Of a DNA stretch of 38,080 bases, positions 1-13,700 are shown piece after piece. This DNA is from Welwitschia mirabilis. Its lineage: Eukaryota. A program made the translations under genes and the position numbers. The stretch covers positions 45,321,010 to 45,359,089 of the forward strand of contig JBOZIK010000001.1 of assembly GCA_051453625.1 (NCBI GenBank), given 5' to 3'. The notes below the pieces were generated by a model. It saw only the letters and a list, made by a program, of their open reading frames with translations, searched no databases and was not told the DNA's origin. Position 1 is the first letter of the stretch, and each line of letters begins with the position of its first letter.

Positions 1-2705
1 AATCTCTAAGTCATGCATAGGATAATTCTTCTCATGCTTCTTCAGTTGCCTAGATGCATAAGCGATCACCTTACCATCTTGTATCAAGACTGCTCCTAAG
101 CCTTCACCTGAGGCATCTGTGTAAATGGTGTAAGGCTTTCTTAGTTTTGGCATCCTTAGAACTCGAGCTGAAATAAGAATTAATTTTAATACTTGAAAAG
201 CCTCATCACATCGATCAGTTCATTCAAAAGCTTGTTCTTCCTAAGCAACATAGTCAATGGAGAAGCTATCTTAGAGAAATTTTTAATAAATCTTAGATAA
301 TATCCTGCAAGANNNNNNNNNNNNNNNNNNNNNNNNNNNNNNNNNNNNNNNNNNNNNNNNNNNNNNNNNNNNNNNNNNNNNNNNNNNNNNNNNNNNNNNN
401 NNNNNNNNNNNNACCAAAAAAGCTTCTGACTTCTAACACTGATTTAGGCTTAGGTCAATCCATGATAGCTTGGACTTTTTCTTTGTCTACACTAGCTCCA
501 TCTTCTGAGATCACATGCCCCAAAAATTTAATTTTAGATAGATAAAACTCACACTTCTTAGGATTTGTATAGAAGTGATTCCTTCACAAGGTATCAAGTA
601 CTATTCTCAAGTGCTTCTCATGTGCTTCTTTAGTTGGAGAATACACTAGTATATCATTAATAAACACTACCATCAAATCATCTAGATAAGCTCTAAAAAT
701 GCCATTCATTAATGCCATAAATGTTGCTGGTGGATTAGTTAAACCAAAAGGAACTACCTTAAACTCATAATGCCCATACCTGATTTAAAAAGCTGTTTTG
801 AAAACATCTTCTTCCTTGATCCTAAGTTGATGATATCTAGACTTAAGATCAATCTTAGAGAAAACTCTAGCATACTTTAGTTAGTTAAATAGATCCTTTA
901 TCCTGTGCAAGGGATAACTATTCCTTATGGTAGCCTTATTTAGCATTCTATAGTCCATACAAAGTCTCAAACTTCTATTCTTCTTTTTAACAAAAAGTAC
1001 TAATGCATCCCATAGAGATGTGCTTGGCCTAATCAATTCCTTATCTAACAGTGTAGTTATCTAAGTCTTCAACTCTACTAACTTAACTAGAGATATCCTG
1101 TAAGGTGCTTTAGATATTAGTTCAACACCTAGTTTAAGAGATATTTTAAAATATTTCTTCTTACTTGGGGAACATCCTGGAAGTTCTTTTGGAAACAGAT
1201 CTACATACTCCTTTACAATAGATATGTCTGAGATCTTTGACTAAGATTGAAGGAAACATAAGAATCTAACAATTTTAAGAACTTTACTCCTCTTCACTTC
1301 CTTCATCAGTTGATTCTTACCTACCAATATTTCAGTAACAGGTCTAAAAGAAATGGGTAATTAGACCTTTTCACCACTATATTTCATCAAAAAACTTGCC
1401 TAGAGAAACAACTGTCTAAGCTCTATTTTCCTGCAACTAGTTCATACATAAGATAACATCAAAGTATTCAAAGTCTAAGATCAAAAATTCGACCTAGAAA
1501 TTATGGCCTCCAATGGTAACATCACATACAGGGGTTCTATCCAAAGCTCTAATAGTACTACCATCTGGTAATTCCATATAAATTTTATGTTTGCACTGAA
1601 CCTTCAAAAATAGTCTCTAAGACATACAATAAGATAAGGAATCTGTAGCTTCTAGATCTAACAAGATTCTAATAAGAATGCTAAGTACTTGTAGTTTACA
1701 AGATCATTAATGGCTGAGCTTCTTCCTTTGATATGGATGCATATAATTTTCTGACATTCATGGTCTCTTATTCCTCTTTCTTTCTCCTAGGACAATTTCT
1801 AATCAAATGTAATCCTCTACAACTCTAGCATCCAGTTCTCTTAGATCCTGAGCTTCAGTTCTAGTAGAAGGTGTAGCTTTCTGAGCTGGTAGTTGTGTTC
1901 TTCTTCTTCCTTAAGGAGGTTTGACCTCTAATTGATTCACTCGAATTGGTTCCTGCTATCCTCTACTCCTTGCCATTTAAAAATTCCTGAAAAAGGGATT
2001 CTTCCTGGGAAAATTTCCTCTCTACTCCTAAGGATTGGCTCATTGGTCCCTAAAATTCCTACTACTTCCCCATGATTCTTCGACAAGCCTGGCCTTTTTT
2101 AAGGCCTCTACAAAAGTTCTTGGTTGAAATAGCTTAACCTGCCTTTAGATCAAAGGATGCAGACTAGTAACCAACCTATAAATCTTCACTGCTTTAATGC
2201 CAGCTATCGCAGGTACATAGCGTAATAGCTACATGAATCTATTTTCATATTGGTCCACAGTTGAAGCTCCCTATCTGAGGTTGTAGAATTCCTTTGCCTT
2301 AGCATTCTTAAAGTACTATAAAATGTATCTAGCTCAAAATCAACCTTTAAAGTCATTCTAAGATAAATGATTAGAAAAAGTGGATTGTGATTTTTCTACA
2401 TCCCACCATAAGGAAACATTCTTCTTTAATTGATGCACAGTAAGGATAGTCTTTTTCTCATATGTGAAGTTGAACAGTTCCAACTCTCTATTTATTAAAA
2501 TTAACCAAGCCTCAGCTTTAAGTGCACTATCAGATCCTTTGAAGATTAGGAGATTGGTTCATCTAAAATGCATCATCAGTTTTCGATTTGCATTATCCAC
2601 ATTCTTGTCATCTCTCTTAGCCTGAAGTCCATCAACCAGGTGGTTAACGGTATTCACTAGGAAGATCACATTTGTGGATGATGGTATATCTCTTCTTGGA
2701 GCCAT
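1..2705 (-). mobile_element. Degenerate Ty3/gypsy chromovirus (Tekay/Del-like) gag-PR-RT-RNaseH, continues off the left edge
   Basis: Manual minus-strand translation: gag start MAPRRD at 2705, then FKGSDSALKAEAWL...HQLKKNVSLWW; Zn knuckle C*SCRGLHLIRNCP (~1790-1832); protease LLDLEATDS (~1640-1670); [66 protein letters not shown]; RNase [36 protein letters not shown]. Many stops and frameshifts. Confidence 0.93.
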
Positions 2706-2795
2706 CTGTTATTCTTGCCAAACATAGAAATGTGAATCAAGGAAAAGATGCTAAAATTCAATTTAATCACATAGTTCCAAATCCAAAAACCAAGT

Positions 2796-2807
2796 GCTCT
2801 GATACCA
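2796..2807 (-). promoter_or_regulatory. Primer-binding site (tRNA-iMet) of the Tekay-like element
   Basis: gctctgatacca is the reverse complement of TGGTATCAGAGC; it lies 3 nt from an LTR end (tgtaaagtccc at 2811) and ~90 nt upstream of the gag ATG. Confidence 0.92.
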
Positions 2808-2810
2808 AAA

Positions 2811-3784
2811 TGTAAAGTCCCTACNNNNNNNNNNNNNNNNNNNNNNNNNNNNNNNNNNNNNNNNNNNNNNNNNNNNNNNNNNNNNNNNNNNNNNNNNNNN
2901 NNNNTTTAAACATGTAAAATAGGAACAAGACATTGTAATGTGCGATGTAGTTTAAACATATTAGATTATAATTATCATCATTTCTTTTGATTACTAGATT
3001 TCAATATAAATAGATAAAATATGCATGTTCATAAGTCGTATTGATCATAAGAAATAGTTTATTAGGTTAGATAATTAGGAAGTAAGTTTAGGTGTAATAA
3101 CTAGATCATGTTATATCTATGACTTGGCCTTATATTTAATAAGAATATAATCTCGTTGTTTGCTTGGTTTGCAGTATAAAGAAGTTTTACTAATGAGACT
3201 TATTATTATAAATAAGTCATAATATCTTCTATTTACTCTAGATATATCAATTTTCTTCAACATAACACCTTGATCATATTACTTCATCTATAGTTTACTT
3301 GTCTAGCTAATATCTATACATATCTGTGTTAACTTAAACATGTACAGAACAATGCCTAGCTTAGATAAGTATAGTATTAGTACTTAATTATCCCTTTTTA
3401 TCCATGAGTGTAAAGTGTTAGAGTGTTGGGAAACTCTTATGATTAATCCATATTACTAGGTATGGATTTAAGACTATAGGTTAAAGATTTTTTAAAAAGA
3501 TATACTGGGAGGGAATTGAACTTGTGACTGGTCCCCTCTTTAAGACTTATGAGATTTTCACTCACCATTAGCCTATATTATCAATTGCTGATTTTAGTAA
3601 GTTTTAAATTCACATAAGGTAAAGGAGAACCAGGAGGAGTCAGATCCTAGCAATTACTGGGGTTTTTGTTGTGAAGTTTTCGTCAGCAGAGGAGGTGTGT
3701 GAGGAAGGCCACGTCCAAGGGGAAGTGCATTTCAAGAAAGTAGAGGCATTAGTAGGAATTTTGAGATGGACTCAGCTTGAAGGG
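2811..3784 (-). repeat. Probable 5' LTR of the Tekay-like element (gap at 2825-2904; right boundary uncertain)
   Basis: The terminus TGT at 2811 next to the PBS is clear. The sequence after the gap is non-coding and is assigned only by position. Confidence 0.4.
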
Positions 3785-4885
3785 AGGTGGTGTGTTAATA
3801 GTGCCAGAGGAACCACAGAAGAAGATCCTGTCATTTATAATTAAAATGGATATTTGCATAATAAAACATACTAATATAGATGGGAATTAACCCAAATGTC
3901 GTAATCTATCGAAGGCCTAGGCTAGAGAAAGAGAGTTAATTTTCATAAGAAATACTTTTTATCCTATTAACAGAAATAAATTACAATGCAAAGAAAAAAA
4001 GCATAATGCAACACATTTATACAAAGTTAATCTAGGAGTAAAAAGAATAATGCACCTAAACTAATAATGCTCAACCTTGATAAAGGTTACCTTCATAACT
4101 TATATCACCCAAGAAAGTATAACTAAATCAGAAGCAACATAAGCTATAAAAGATAAAAACAACAAGCATAGAAAAGGGAAAATAAATCTTTATATTACTC
4201 AAACCACATCCATGCTACAAAGTAACTACACCTCAATGGAGGAAGCATATCCCAACACCAAGGAAGACGTCTCTCTATAACTACAAGGATAGATATCCAG
4301 CCCTTCGATCTTCTATCATGAGAATTTTTGGTGTAACAAAAGATAAGGTGGAGTCATGGGTGGAATCAATACTTATTAACACAAAGAACACAATAATAAG
4401 ATAAATAGATAGGATGGAAACAAACCTAATGGCCATGCCAAAAAACATACAAATAAATGAGAAGAATTAGGTGAATGTTCAGTGGGATATTATAATAAGT
4501 ATCATCTGGTTAGTCGTTTAGATGATATAGGGAACGATGCCACCTCATAAGTAATCCATATCACTACTAGATTGATCATAGTTAGCATCCTCATTGGATT
4601 TAATTATTTTTTCGTTCGTACTGTCGTCGAGATAATGAGGTGGATGACATGCTTCTATAAGTATTCATTCAAGGCATTTAGCCTCAATGTTTGTAGAAAT
4701 TTTGTCTCAAAAATAGAAAGTATTAGAAACTACTCTAAATGATACAAAATGTCATGAATATTACACGTTTTTGTTTCTTTCATCTTAGCTCTCTATTATC
4801 ATTGAGATCTAGCATATACCTGTCTAATATCTTTCCACACTACTCAAAATATCCTATCAAATATATGTAAGTTGATAGTACAACC
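3785..4885 (-). repeat. Athila 3' LTR (~1.1 kb; left end approximate)
   Basis: Colinear with 18297-19401 over nearly its whole length and with 16191-16516 (e.g. gaaggcctaggctagagaaagag; atgcacctaaactaataatgctcaaccttga). Homology ends at tagtacaac ~4884, next to a purine-rich minus-strand tract AGGGGACTAG. Confidence 0.88.
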
Positions 4886-5417
4886 TAGTCCCCTAGTTAA
4901 CGTTATTAGTCCTTAACAAAACCAAGCAGTAAACCGTAATTGTGAGTCATCTTATTTAACAATAAAAAAATAGCTAAGGTATTAAAGAAATTATCTCAAA
5001 AAATTTTCAAAAATTTTAGAGCTACAAACTGAATTCTAAGAAATCAGAAAATTGAACATTTCACCTGATTTGAAGACTTGCCATATGGTCATCCAGGTCT
5101 TTGTCTAGATGATAGGGGGAATGACAGGCTCAAAAGTTACTCTTTTAAAATAGAAACATGTGACAAAAATTTTTCAGATAATTCATCAGTTAATGCAATT
5201 AAAATTTATCCACTGAATTAAATAGTAATAAATAAAAGATTGCCTAAATAAAATCAATCATTATCATAACTTGTAAAAAATAAAGATAGTCATGAAAATC
5301 AAATAATATTAAGTACAACATGCTAACTCAAAAATGATATGTATATATAATTAGTGAGTTTTAGTACAAAAATACATAGAAGAGGAGATACAAAATGTCA
5401 CAAAATCATTCCCCTCA

Positions 5418-6691
5418 TCATTGCATAATAAATTCAGTCTGGGCAGCTAGCTCAAGTATAGGAGAAAAAGAGGGAGGATTCTTAGGATAGGTAGGAAAAT
5501 GTAGGTTTAAAGATGTAGAAATAGAATGGATCATCACATCGCCTTGGACATGTACAACCTTTGGAATATTAACTGTCACACTGTACTGAAAAGAAATGAT
5601 GTGCTGACACATGTCAACAACCTAATCCTCAGAGTGATGAACTCTCCTCTCAATAGTCAAGATTCTCTACTCTAATATCTGCGTCCAGAGCCATAATCCT
5701 CTAGTCTAAGGTCTAAATACCTTGGTTCATGAAACTTCTAATGGTCTCAGTGGTTTCTGCTAGGAGAACCTATATCTGCTCAAGTATAGCCCCAACTGTA
5801 GGTCTCTATACCTGAGGTCGCTCAACCTCTCCTGGTACCTGTATGCTCATGCCCTACAAATAGCAAGATGAAGTCTTGATGTAAGATAAGCGCTGCTCGT
5901 CCATGGGCTCTAGTATCCCAAATCATCTAAAAAGAGCTGAGAGGAGGTAGGGGTAACCCAGAGTCTATAACTGTTATGCCTCAACCATGGGCTTAAGTCT
6001 CCTTCAAATAATGTAGGTAGCTCCATCTACTCTCCTTGTCTAAATTTCACCAGTACCTATAAGTGTGCAACCATGACGTGACTGTTATAAAATAATGTGC
6101 TGATGTTATGGATCAATTCTTTATGTAATACCCTATATGCAAGGATCAACTTAGTGATAAGTATCCCCTGCCTATCTGTCGTAAGATCTGTTGGTATATC
6201 TAGTGCAGTGCCATATGCACAACACTCCTCAGTCCTATCAGCTGAATGAATGTAGAGACTCTAATCCCACTAAGATTTGTAACTACTACAATGTGGGATG
6301 AGAGGATTTCAATATCATGGTTGTGTATGTATGCTACAATCATATCCACTAGCTGATCATGAGCATCTGGTCTACATTCTATGCGCATAGTATCATAAAA
6401 CTTTCATGTCTTTAAAACATAGTAAGACTCATGCACATCTGTGATCCATCGTAACTATAGATATATGAGCCTTTGACCAACCTCTGACTCTATACAGCTC
6501 ATAAAATCCTCAAAGTATCTCTTGACACAGATACTAGCTATCTGTATAGTCAAAGATCATCTGCATTGAGGTTGTGGATGTGCTGACACTGTACACTCTA
6601 TATCTGACAATACTATCGGGTTCACCTCCTACTCTATGGCTTCAGCCTCAGTCTTATCCTATTTAGTTCTATATGTACAAGGCCTACTCAT
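5418..6691 (-). pseudogene. Degenerate extra ('env-like'/plant-transposon accessory) ORF of the Athila element, sense to gag-pol
   Basis: Across frames: ATG 6691 MSRPCTYRTK; KFYDTMRI...IVAYIHNHDIEILSSHI; KLILAYRVLHKELIHNI (~6105-6155); LGYPYLLSALFR*FGI (~5915-5962); coiled-coil-like AILEQI*VLLAETTETIRSF. Fits the pattern FY..l..., L..rllH..i..Ni, LpYp.llt.if..fGv that I associate with post-pol accessory ORFs (PF20167/PF03078-like; from memory, not searched). Confidence 0.7.
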
Positions 6692-9470
6692 TGAAAATAC
6701 ACCAAAAAACATCATGGAAGAATGGAAAGATACGTCAAATACGTTGCATGGATGCACATTAACGACCTCCAAAATCAATTAAAAAATGAAAAATGATGAA
6801 AATATCTCTTGCTTCCATTAAAAATTGCAATACATCTTGAATTGCCTAAATATTAGAATAAAAATGCAAAACGCGCGAAAAATTAAAATGCCGTGTTTTA
6901 AGTGGACCCTACATATGGTAAAAATTTAAAGTGCTTAAATGAAAATCTAGTCCAGTAAATTATAGAACACATCGAACTGATCAATTTTGCCTAAAGGACC
7001 ACTATGTTTCGACCTATAGTTTACGAGAAAATGAGTGTAAAAGATGAAAAATTAAAAACTCCTCATAAAACGCATAATTGATTATAACTTGCAAAATACA
7101 TAGTGAAATTCAAATCCGTAAGTCCCAAAGCAAAAAGCATAAAGACTGAGAAACATACATGAAAACTACACATTAAAAGGCTAAAAAATGGGATTAAAAA
7201 ATTGAAAAACAAGAGGAAGAGAAAAACATACCTCATTTGACAAATTTGCTCAAAACTCAGAAATCTGGATGCTAAATTGAGTTGAACAAGATTCAAGACA
7301 TTGGCAAGGTCTAGAAGAGTCATCGTCTCTTAGAGGAATGGGTAGAAATGATGAGAAAATAAAAAAAAAAAGGAAAATGGTTTGGGCTATGATTATATCG
7401 CACTTTTATCGAGTCGCATTGTTCGGATGACAACCCTAAGATGACTCTCAGAACAAATTAGACTGTTGTCCTTTTAGTGTTATTTAGACAACCAAGTGGA
7501 TGAAGGGATATGAAAAAAATTGACAAAAATAAAGATGTTAACCAACATAATTAGGATCAGATATGATTATCAAAGTATCAGATTTTATCAGAAAACGTAA
7601 AAAAATACAGAAAATGAAAAAGAAAATCCCAAAAATTGAGAGAAAAAGTAAAAACTCATAACAAAAAATAAAAAACTATGGCTAAATAAAATGGACTATC
7701 TAGGATGAAACCTAATAACAGAAGCTAAGTGAATGTGCTTAAACAAAAAAGTAAAACACGATAAGCTTAGAACTCCAAAAGGTACAAGGAATCTCATAAA
7801 AACTATGAAACAGAAAAGATGTTCTTTTTGAATGCAAATGCTAACTAAAAATGATATAAACATGAATGAATAGTAAGAAAACTACTAAATGATAAGGTCC
7901 TATAAAAGAATGAGAAAATGTGGAAATGACTTTGAAATAAAAAACTCAAAAACCAAAGAAAAATAAAAAAAAATAGACACAAGGAATAAGGAGAAGATTG
8001 CTTACCTATCTTAAATTATGACCTAGCAAACTACCAAGGAAGATATCATAAAGCCACTTAAGTAAAAATGCATGACAAAAATGTATGAACTCTGTAAAGT
8101 TCCACTTGAAAGGCCAGTAATTATGGTGATACCAAAAATCAAGGGCTTAGAACAATGAATGACAAGATCAAAAGCTACCTAGAAATGAACTCACATGCTT
8201 TCATCTCACAAACACATCTAAATCATCAAAAGTGAAATGATCAAGTGGGAATACTAAGAGTTTAGAAAATAAACAACACTTCTGATGACATCAAGAACAC
8301 CATTAATCCCATAACCTTAAAGTTTATTACAACTTTTTCCATGATGAGGAGAGTGCAACCACAGTCAGAGGAGTGAGGATGCGCGAAGCATAGCCAAGTA
8401 ACCCCCTAGTGGAATTCCCAAAGCTATAAATATTACCAAAGGTTCCTCTCAAAACAANNNNNNNNNNNNNNNNNNNNNNNNNNNNNNNNNNNNNNNNNNN
8501 NNNNNNNNNNNNNNNNNNNNNNNNNNNNNNNNNNNNNNNNNNNNNNNNNNNNNNNNNNNNNNNNNNNNNNNNNNNNNNNNNNNNNNNNNNNNNNNNNNNN
8601 NNNNNNNNNNNNNNNNNNNNNNNNNNNNNNNNNNNNNNNNNNNNNNNNNNNNNNNNNNNNNNNNNNNNNNNNNNNNNNNNNNNNNNNNNNNNNNNNNNNN
8701 NNNNNNNNNNNNNNNNNNNNNNNNNNNNNNNNNNNNNNNNNNNNNNNNNNNNNNNNNNNNNNNNNNNNNNNNNNNNNNNNNNNNNNNNNNNNNNNNNNNN
8801 NNNNNNNNNNNNNNNNNNNNNNNNNNNNNNNNNNNNNNNNNNNNNNNNNNNNNNNNNNNNNNNNNNNNNNNNNNNNNNNNNNNNNNNNNNNNNNNNNNNN
8901 NNNNNNNNNNNNNNNNNNNNNNNNNNNNNNNNNNNNNNNNNNNNNNNNNNNNNNNNNNNNNNNNNNNNNNNNNNNNNNNNNNNNNNNNNNNNNNNNNNNN
9001 NNNNNNNNNNNNNNNNNNNNNNNNNNNNNNNNNNNNNNNNNNNNNNNNNNNNNNNNNNNNNNNNNNNNNNNNNNNNNNNNNNNNNNNNNNNNNNNNNNNN
9101 NNNNNNNNNNNNNNNNNNNNNNNNNNNNNNNNNNNNNNNNNNNNNNNNNNNNNNNNNNNNNNNNNNNNNNNNNNNNNNNNNNNNNNNNNNNNNNNNNNNN
9201 NNNNNNNNAGATAGAAAAGAACACTTTCAAATAATTAAAGACCTTATAACCTTGAAAAAAAAAAGCATAAAAACTAATACATCTTTCTTCAAAGTGAAAT
9301 CCATAGACATGGAAATGTCTAAAAATTAGATGAATCTAATCTTACCATTATAAAATGCTCAAGTATAAATACTATTCATGGAAAACTTCATAAAGTAACA
9401 CATAAATCAAGTTTAAAAGATGATCAAGTAATATCATAACATTCACCAAAGGAATAAGCTAAGAAAGAAC

Positions 9471-10720
9471 TTAGACAATAATAGGGAGGAAGTTCTCCTC
9501 ATCAAGGGGAACCTCCAAAATAAGTGCTTCTTTCATGTTCACAGTTGCATCAAAAGATCCTTCATATAGTTTCAACCATTGTTCATTAATCTTTTGAATC
9601 ACCCTCATATCTAAGTCTGAAATCTTAATAGATCCATTAGAATGTGATTTCTCTACAAGATAAGGACCTAACCATTTAGAGGTCAACTTGTTATTCAAAA
9701 GACATACTCTAGTGTTATATAAAAGAATAGTTAACCTAGTTCAAACTTTTTATGAAGTATCTTTTTATCATGTTTGAACTTAGCTTGGGCTTTATAGATT
9801 AATTAACAATATATAGCATGAGTTTGTTTTTCATTTTTATCAAGGTGGTTTAATTGGGATAATATATTTTTAAGATTCTTATAAAGGCCCACAAGATTAA
9901 GTTGATGAGAAGCATAATAAGAGTTTTAGCACACATGAACAAGTAAAATACAAACTTTACTGTACATAAGTTCAAAAGGTGAAAAACCAAAAGAAGTAGG
10001 CCAAGTAGTATAGTAAGCCCAAAGAATATCGTCACGACTAACATCCCAAGATTTCTTATTAATAGAGACAAGTTTTTATAACATGTTTTTAATTTCTCTT
10101 TTGGTATTTTCAGCCTATTCATTAGTTTGAGGATGATAAGCACAAGTTATTCTATGTTTTATTCTAATGAATAAATGAAGTTACCTAAAAGCTAATTAAT
10201 TAAATGAGTTCTTTGATTACTAATGATAATTATAGAAAAACCAAATCTCTAAAAAATACAAGTTTTAAGAAAATGACAAACAGTTTGGACATTATTTAAA
10301 GAAGTAAGAATGACTTTAACCCATTCAGTCCCATAATCTAAAGCTACTAAAATGTAATGTTTATTATGAGAAGGTGGGTGAATAGGACCTATAAAATAAA
10401 TACCTCAATAATCAAAAGGTTCACACTCAATAATAGATCTAAGGGGCATCTCCTTAGAACAAATAAGGCTACCATAATACTGACAAGGATTACACCTTCT
10501 AGCAAAATCAAAAGAATCCTGAAAAATAGTAGCACAATAAAAACTAGAATGAAAAATTTTCATAGCTATTTTTTGTTTACTAAAGTATCCTCCACAAACA
10601 CCACCATGATAAAGATAAAGGATTTTATATTTTTCCTAATCAAGCATACATTTTTCTCATAATTTGGTCTTTACACCTATAATACAAATGTGGCTATATC
10701 CACTCATAGCCACCTATTCT
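9471..10720 (-). pseudogene. Athila integrase (Zn finger, core, GPY/F region), degenerate
   Basis: LYHGGVCGGYF and CNPCQ (~10480-10615); PFDY*GIYFIGPIHP (~10375-10420); ORF 9471-9698 LTSKWLGPYLVEKSHSNGSIKI...INEQWLKLY. Confidence 0.9.
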
Positions 10721-10924
10721 ATGGAGAAAATATTTGCGTTGACTATAAATCTAATGTTATGGTGCTTTCATAGTCATAAGGTAATTAACAATATCCACAT
10801 ACCAAGGAGAAGGACAAGTAGAAGATATAGCAAAAAGTTGCTCATCCAAAAAAGAATCATCAATAACAGAATCATTAGGAGAAGAAGAAAGATGAGACAA
10901 ATGATTAGCAATACAATTATACTT

Positions 10925-11850
10925 TTATGCTTTATCTATCATAGTCAAATTAAACTTTTGCGTAAGGAGGATCAATCTAATCGATCTAGCACTAGAATCT
11001 TTCTTAGTCATGAGGTAATGAATAGCAGCATAATTAGTATAAACATTTGTATGAAACCCTAAAAGATAATATTTAAGTGTATCAAGGTAAAAGATGATGG
11101 ATAATATTTCTTTCTCTGTAGTAATGTAATTCATTTGAGTTCTAGACAAAGATTTGCTATGGTAAGATATAACTTTAAAATCATTTTCATATTTTTNNNN
11201 NNNNNNNNNNNNNNNNNNNNNNNNNNNNNNNNNNNNNNNNNNNNNNNNNNNNNNNNNNNNNNNNNNNNNNNNNNNNNNNNNNNNNNNNNNNNNNNNNNNN
11301 NNNNNNNNNNNNNNNNNNNNNNNNNNNNNNNNNNNNNNNNNNNNNNNNNNNNNNNNNNNNNNNNNNNNNNNNNNNNNNNNNNNNNNNNNNNNNNNNNNNN
11401 NNNNNNNNNNNNNNNNNNNNNNNNNNNNNNNNNNNNNNNNNNNNNNNNNNNNNNNNNNNNNNNNNNNNNNNNNNNNNNNNNNNNNNNNNNNNNNNNNNNN
11501 NNNNNNNNNNNNNNNNNNNNNNNNNNNNNNNNNNNNCTTTATCTATGATGGTTAAGTTAAACTCTTGCATAAGAAGGATCCATCTAATGAATCTAACACT
11601 AGAATCTTTCTTATTCATGAGGTAACGGATAACAGGATGATCAGTATAAACATTCATATGAAAGGCTAAAAGATAATGTTTAAGTGTATCAAGGAAAAAG
11701 ATGATGGCTAACATTTCCTTCTCTGTAGTAATATAATTCATTGGAGTTCTAGACAAAGATTTGCTATGGTAAGATATAACTTTAAAATTATTTTTATATT
11801 TTTGACAAAGTGTCCCATCCACGGAAAAATTACTCGCATCACACATTAAT
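10925..11850 (-). pseudogene. Athila RNase H, present twice (10925-11196 and 11537-11850) either side of a 340-N gap
   Basis: MCDASNFSVDGTLCQ...ISYHSKSL...NYITTEKEMLAIIF...VYTDHPVIRYL...RFIRWILLMQEFNLTIIDK, and a second copy NYITTEKEILSIIF...LILLTQKFNLTMIDK. Confidence 0.9.
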
Positions 11851-11859
11851 ACAAAGTAT

Positions 11860-12760
11860 TTTTCCCAATCGGGCCTATTACAATAGAAGCATAAGAAAGT
11901 TTATATTTAAGCCTATCAAAAGCAAGCTAATAAGATTTATTCCATTCAAATTTAGCTTCTTTCTCTAGTAGTGAGTGAAGAGATTTATAAATATTTACAT
12001 AATCATGAATAAACTAAAGATAAAAACCACAATGACCAAGAAAAGATCTAACCTATTTTATATTAGTAGGAGGATTTAGGTTTTAAATAATACCAACTTT
12101 TTTAGAGTCCATTCTAATCCCCTCTTTCAAAACATGATGACCTAAAACAATTCTACTTTCTACAAGAAATAAACTCTTTTTTCAATTCAAATGTAGACCA
12201 TTAGAAATACAATGATCAAGGAATTTCTCTAATTGTTCTAAAATTTATTTAAAAGTTTCAGCATAAATAGAGAGGTCTTCCATAAAAATTTCTATCAGAT
12301 CCTCTAGCATATTAGAAAAAATACCCAGCGGAGCACGCTGAAAAGTACTGAGAACATTATGAAGTACAAAAGTTATATGTCAAAAAGAAAAAGTACCAAA
12401 AGGTAAAGTAAAAGTAGTTTTGGCTTGGTTCTCACTAGTAATGTAAACCTAGTTGTAACCACTATATTTATTAAGAAAATAGTAAAATGCATGCTCATGA
12501 GTCCTATCAAGTATCTGATCAAGAAAAGGCAAAGAACAGTGATCTTTTTAGTTACATTATTTAATTTTCTAAAGTTTATGTGCATCCTCCATTTTCCAAC
12601 TTTCATAGGTACTACCATCAAAGGGCTAACCCACTCACAATCACCTATAGCATAAATGATTTCAACATCCATTAATTTTATGATTTCATCTTTAATAACT
12701 TGCTTAAGGGTTGGATTAAGTTTATGTTGAAATTGCCACAAGCTTTATGTTTTTTTCAAG
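11860..12760 (-). pseudogene. Athila reverse transcriptase, degenerate
   Basis: LNPTLKQVIKDEIIKLMDVEIIYAIGDCEWVSPLMVVPMKVGKWRMHINFRKLN; KTTFTLPFGTF; IEIFMEDLSIY (decayed FMDD); VLGHHV; RSFLGHCGFY. Confidence 0.92.
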
Positions 12761-13219
12761 GTAGATTTTATGTTGGATAATTGAGGTAGAAATGGCTGTT
12801 AAATTATCATGAAACTAAGTAAAGGCATTTATCTTAGATTGTAGAAGAGATATTATACTTGATTTTTATTAAAGAAAAAGATTTTTATTAATTATTAAAG
12901 GTTTGTTTAGATCATTATTCAGAAAAATGTATTTCAGCCCACTGGCTAAGAGTTTTAGATTCAGATTTAAGTTTAGAATTTTATTTTCTATTAACTTTTT
13001 AAGAAAATTTATTATCATCTCAGACTATTGTATAGACGTTAGTAGTGGATGACCATCCTTAAAATATGAAATCTCATTTTTGCTTAGATCTCTGACTTCT
13101 GCACAGTTAACAAATTCAATCTCTCTACTCCCTAGGTCAAAATAATCAATTTCCAAATGATTAAAATTAAGTTGAATTTTGTAAAAAATGTTCAAGTTGT
13201 CTACTTCTAGTTGCTTGTC

Positions 13220-13700
13220 CTATAAAGTTGGTTCATGAAGCATTGACCATCTCTCCTTAACTGGATGGCACTGTAAAAAAAAAGTCGTCTTTATTTCTTC
13301 TTCTACACTCAAATCATTTTTTAAATCTTTTTCAGCTGCATTAAATACTTTTATTGAAAACTTTTTATTTTCTAAATAACACTCAATCAAATCAGTTCTT
13401 GTATCTATAATATATTGGACTGTTGTACAAAAAGCTCTACTTAGAAGTAAAGAGTAACCACTGTTATGTTCAAATTTTATCACAATAAGATCAGTGGAAT
13501 AGAAAGCTTCTTCAATCTGAATGACCAAATACTTAATCACACCTAATGGTTTCTTAACAGATGTATCAACCAATTCTAAAATAATCTATGTAGGTTATAT
13601 TCTATCTTCCAACCTAAGTATTTGACAAATGTGCAAGGGCATAATGTTAACACTAGCTCCAAAAGTGAGACTAATAGTTGCTACTCCCAAATCTTTAAAA
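13220..13700 (-). pseudogene. Athila aspartic protease region
   Basis: FGASVNIMPL at ~13636-13665 (cf. DLGASVNLMP); VDTSVKKPLGVIKYLVIQI...DLIVIKFE...LLLSRAF. Confidence 0.82.

Noticed and set aside
3780-3795. TSD pairing the 3785 LTR with the LTR ending at 19401 (ggtgg vs actgg)
   Set aside because: Only a 3/5 match, the left LTR end is ill-defined, and the flank is not copia RT.
8433-9230. Long ORF-track entries made mostly of X (also 11135-11548, 31801-32088, 31879-32109)
   Set aside because: They are open only because they span N-gaps.
10357-11062. Plus-strand ORFs of 101 and 132 aa (also 12425-12655 and 24356-24568)
   Set aside because: Antisense shadows of decayed minus-strand retrotransposon coding sequence, with no recognisable motifs.
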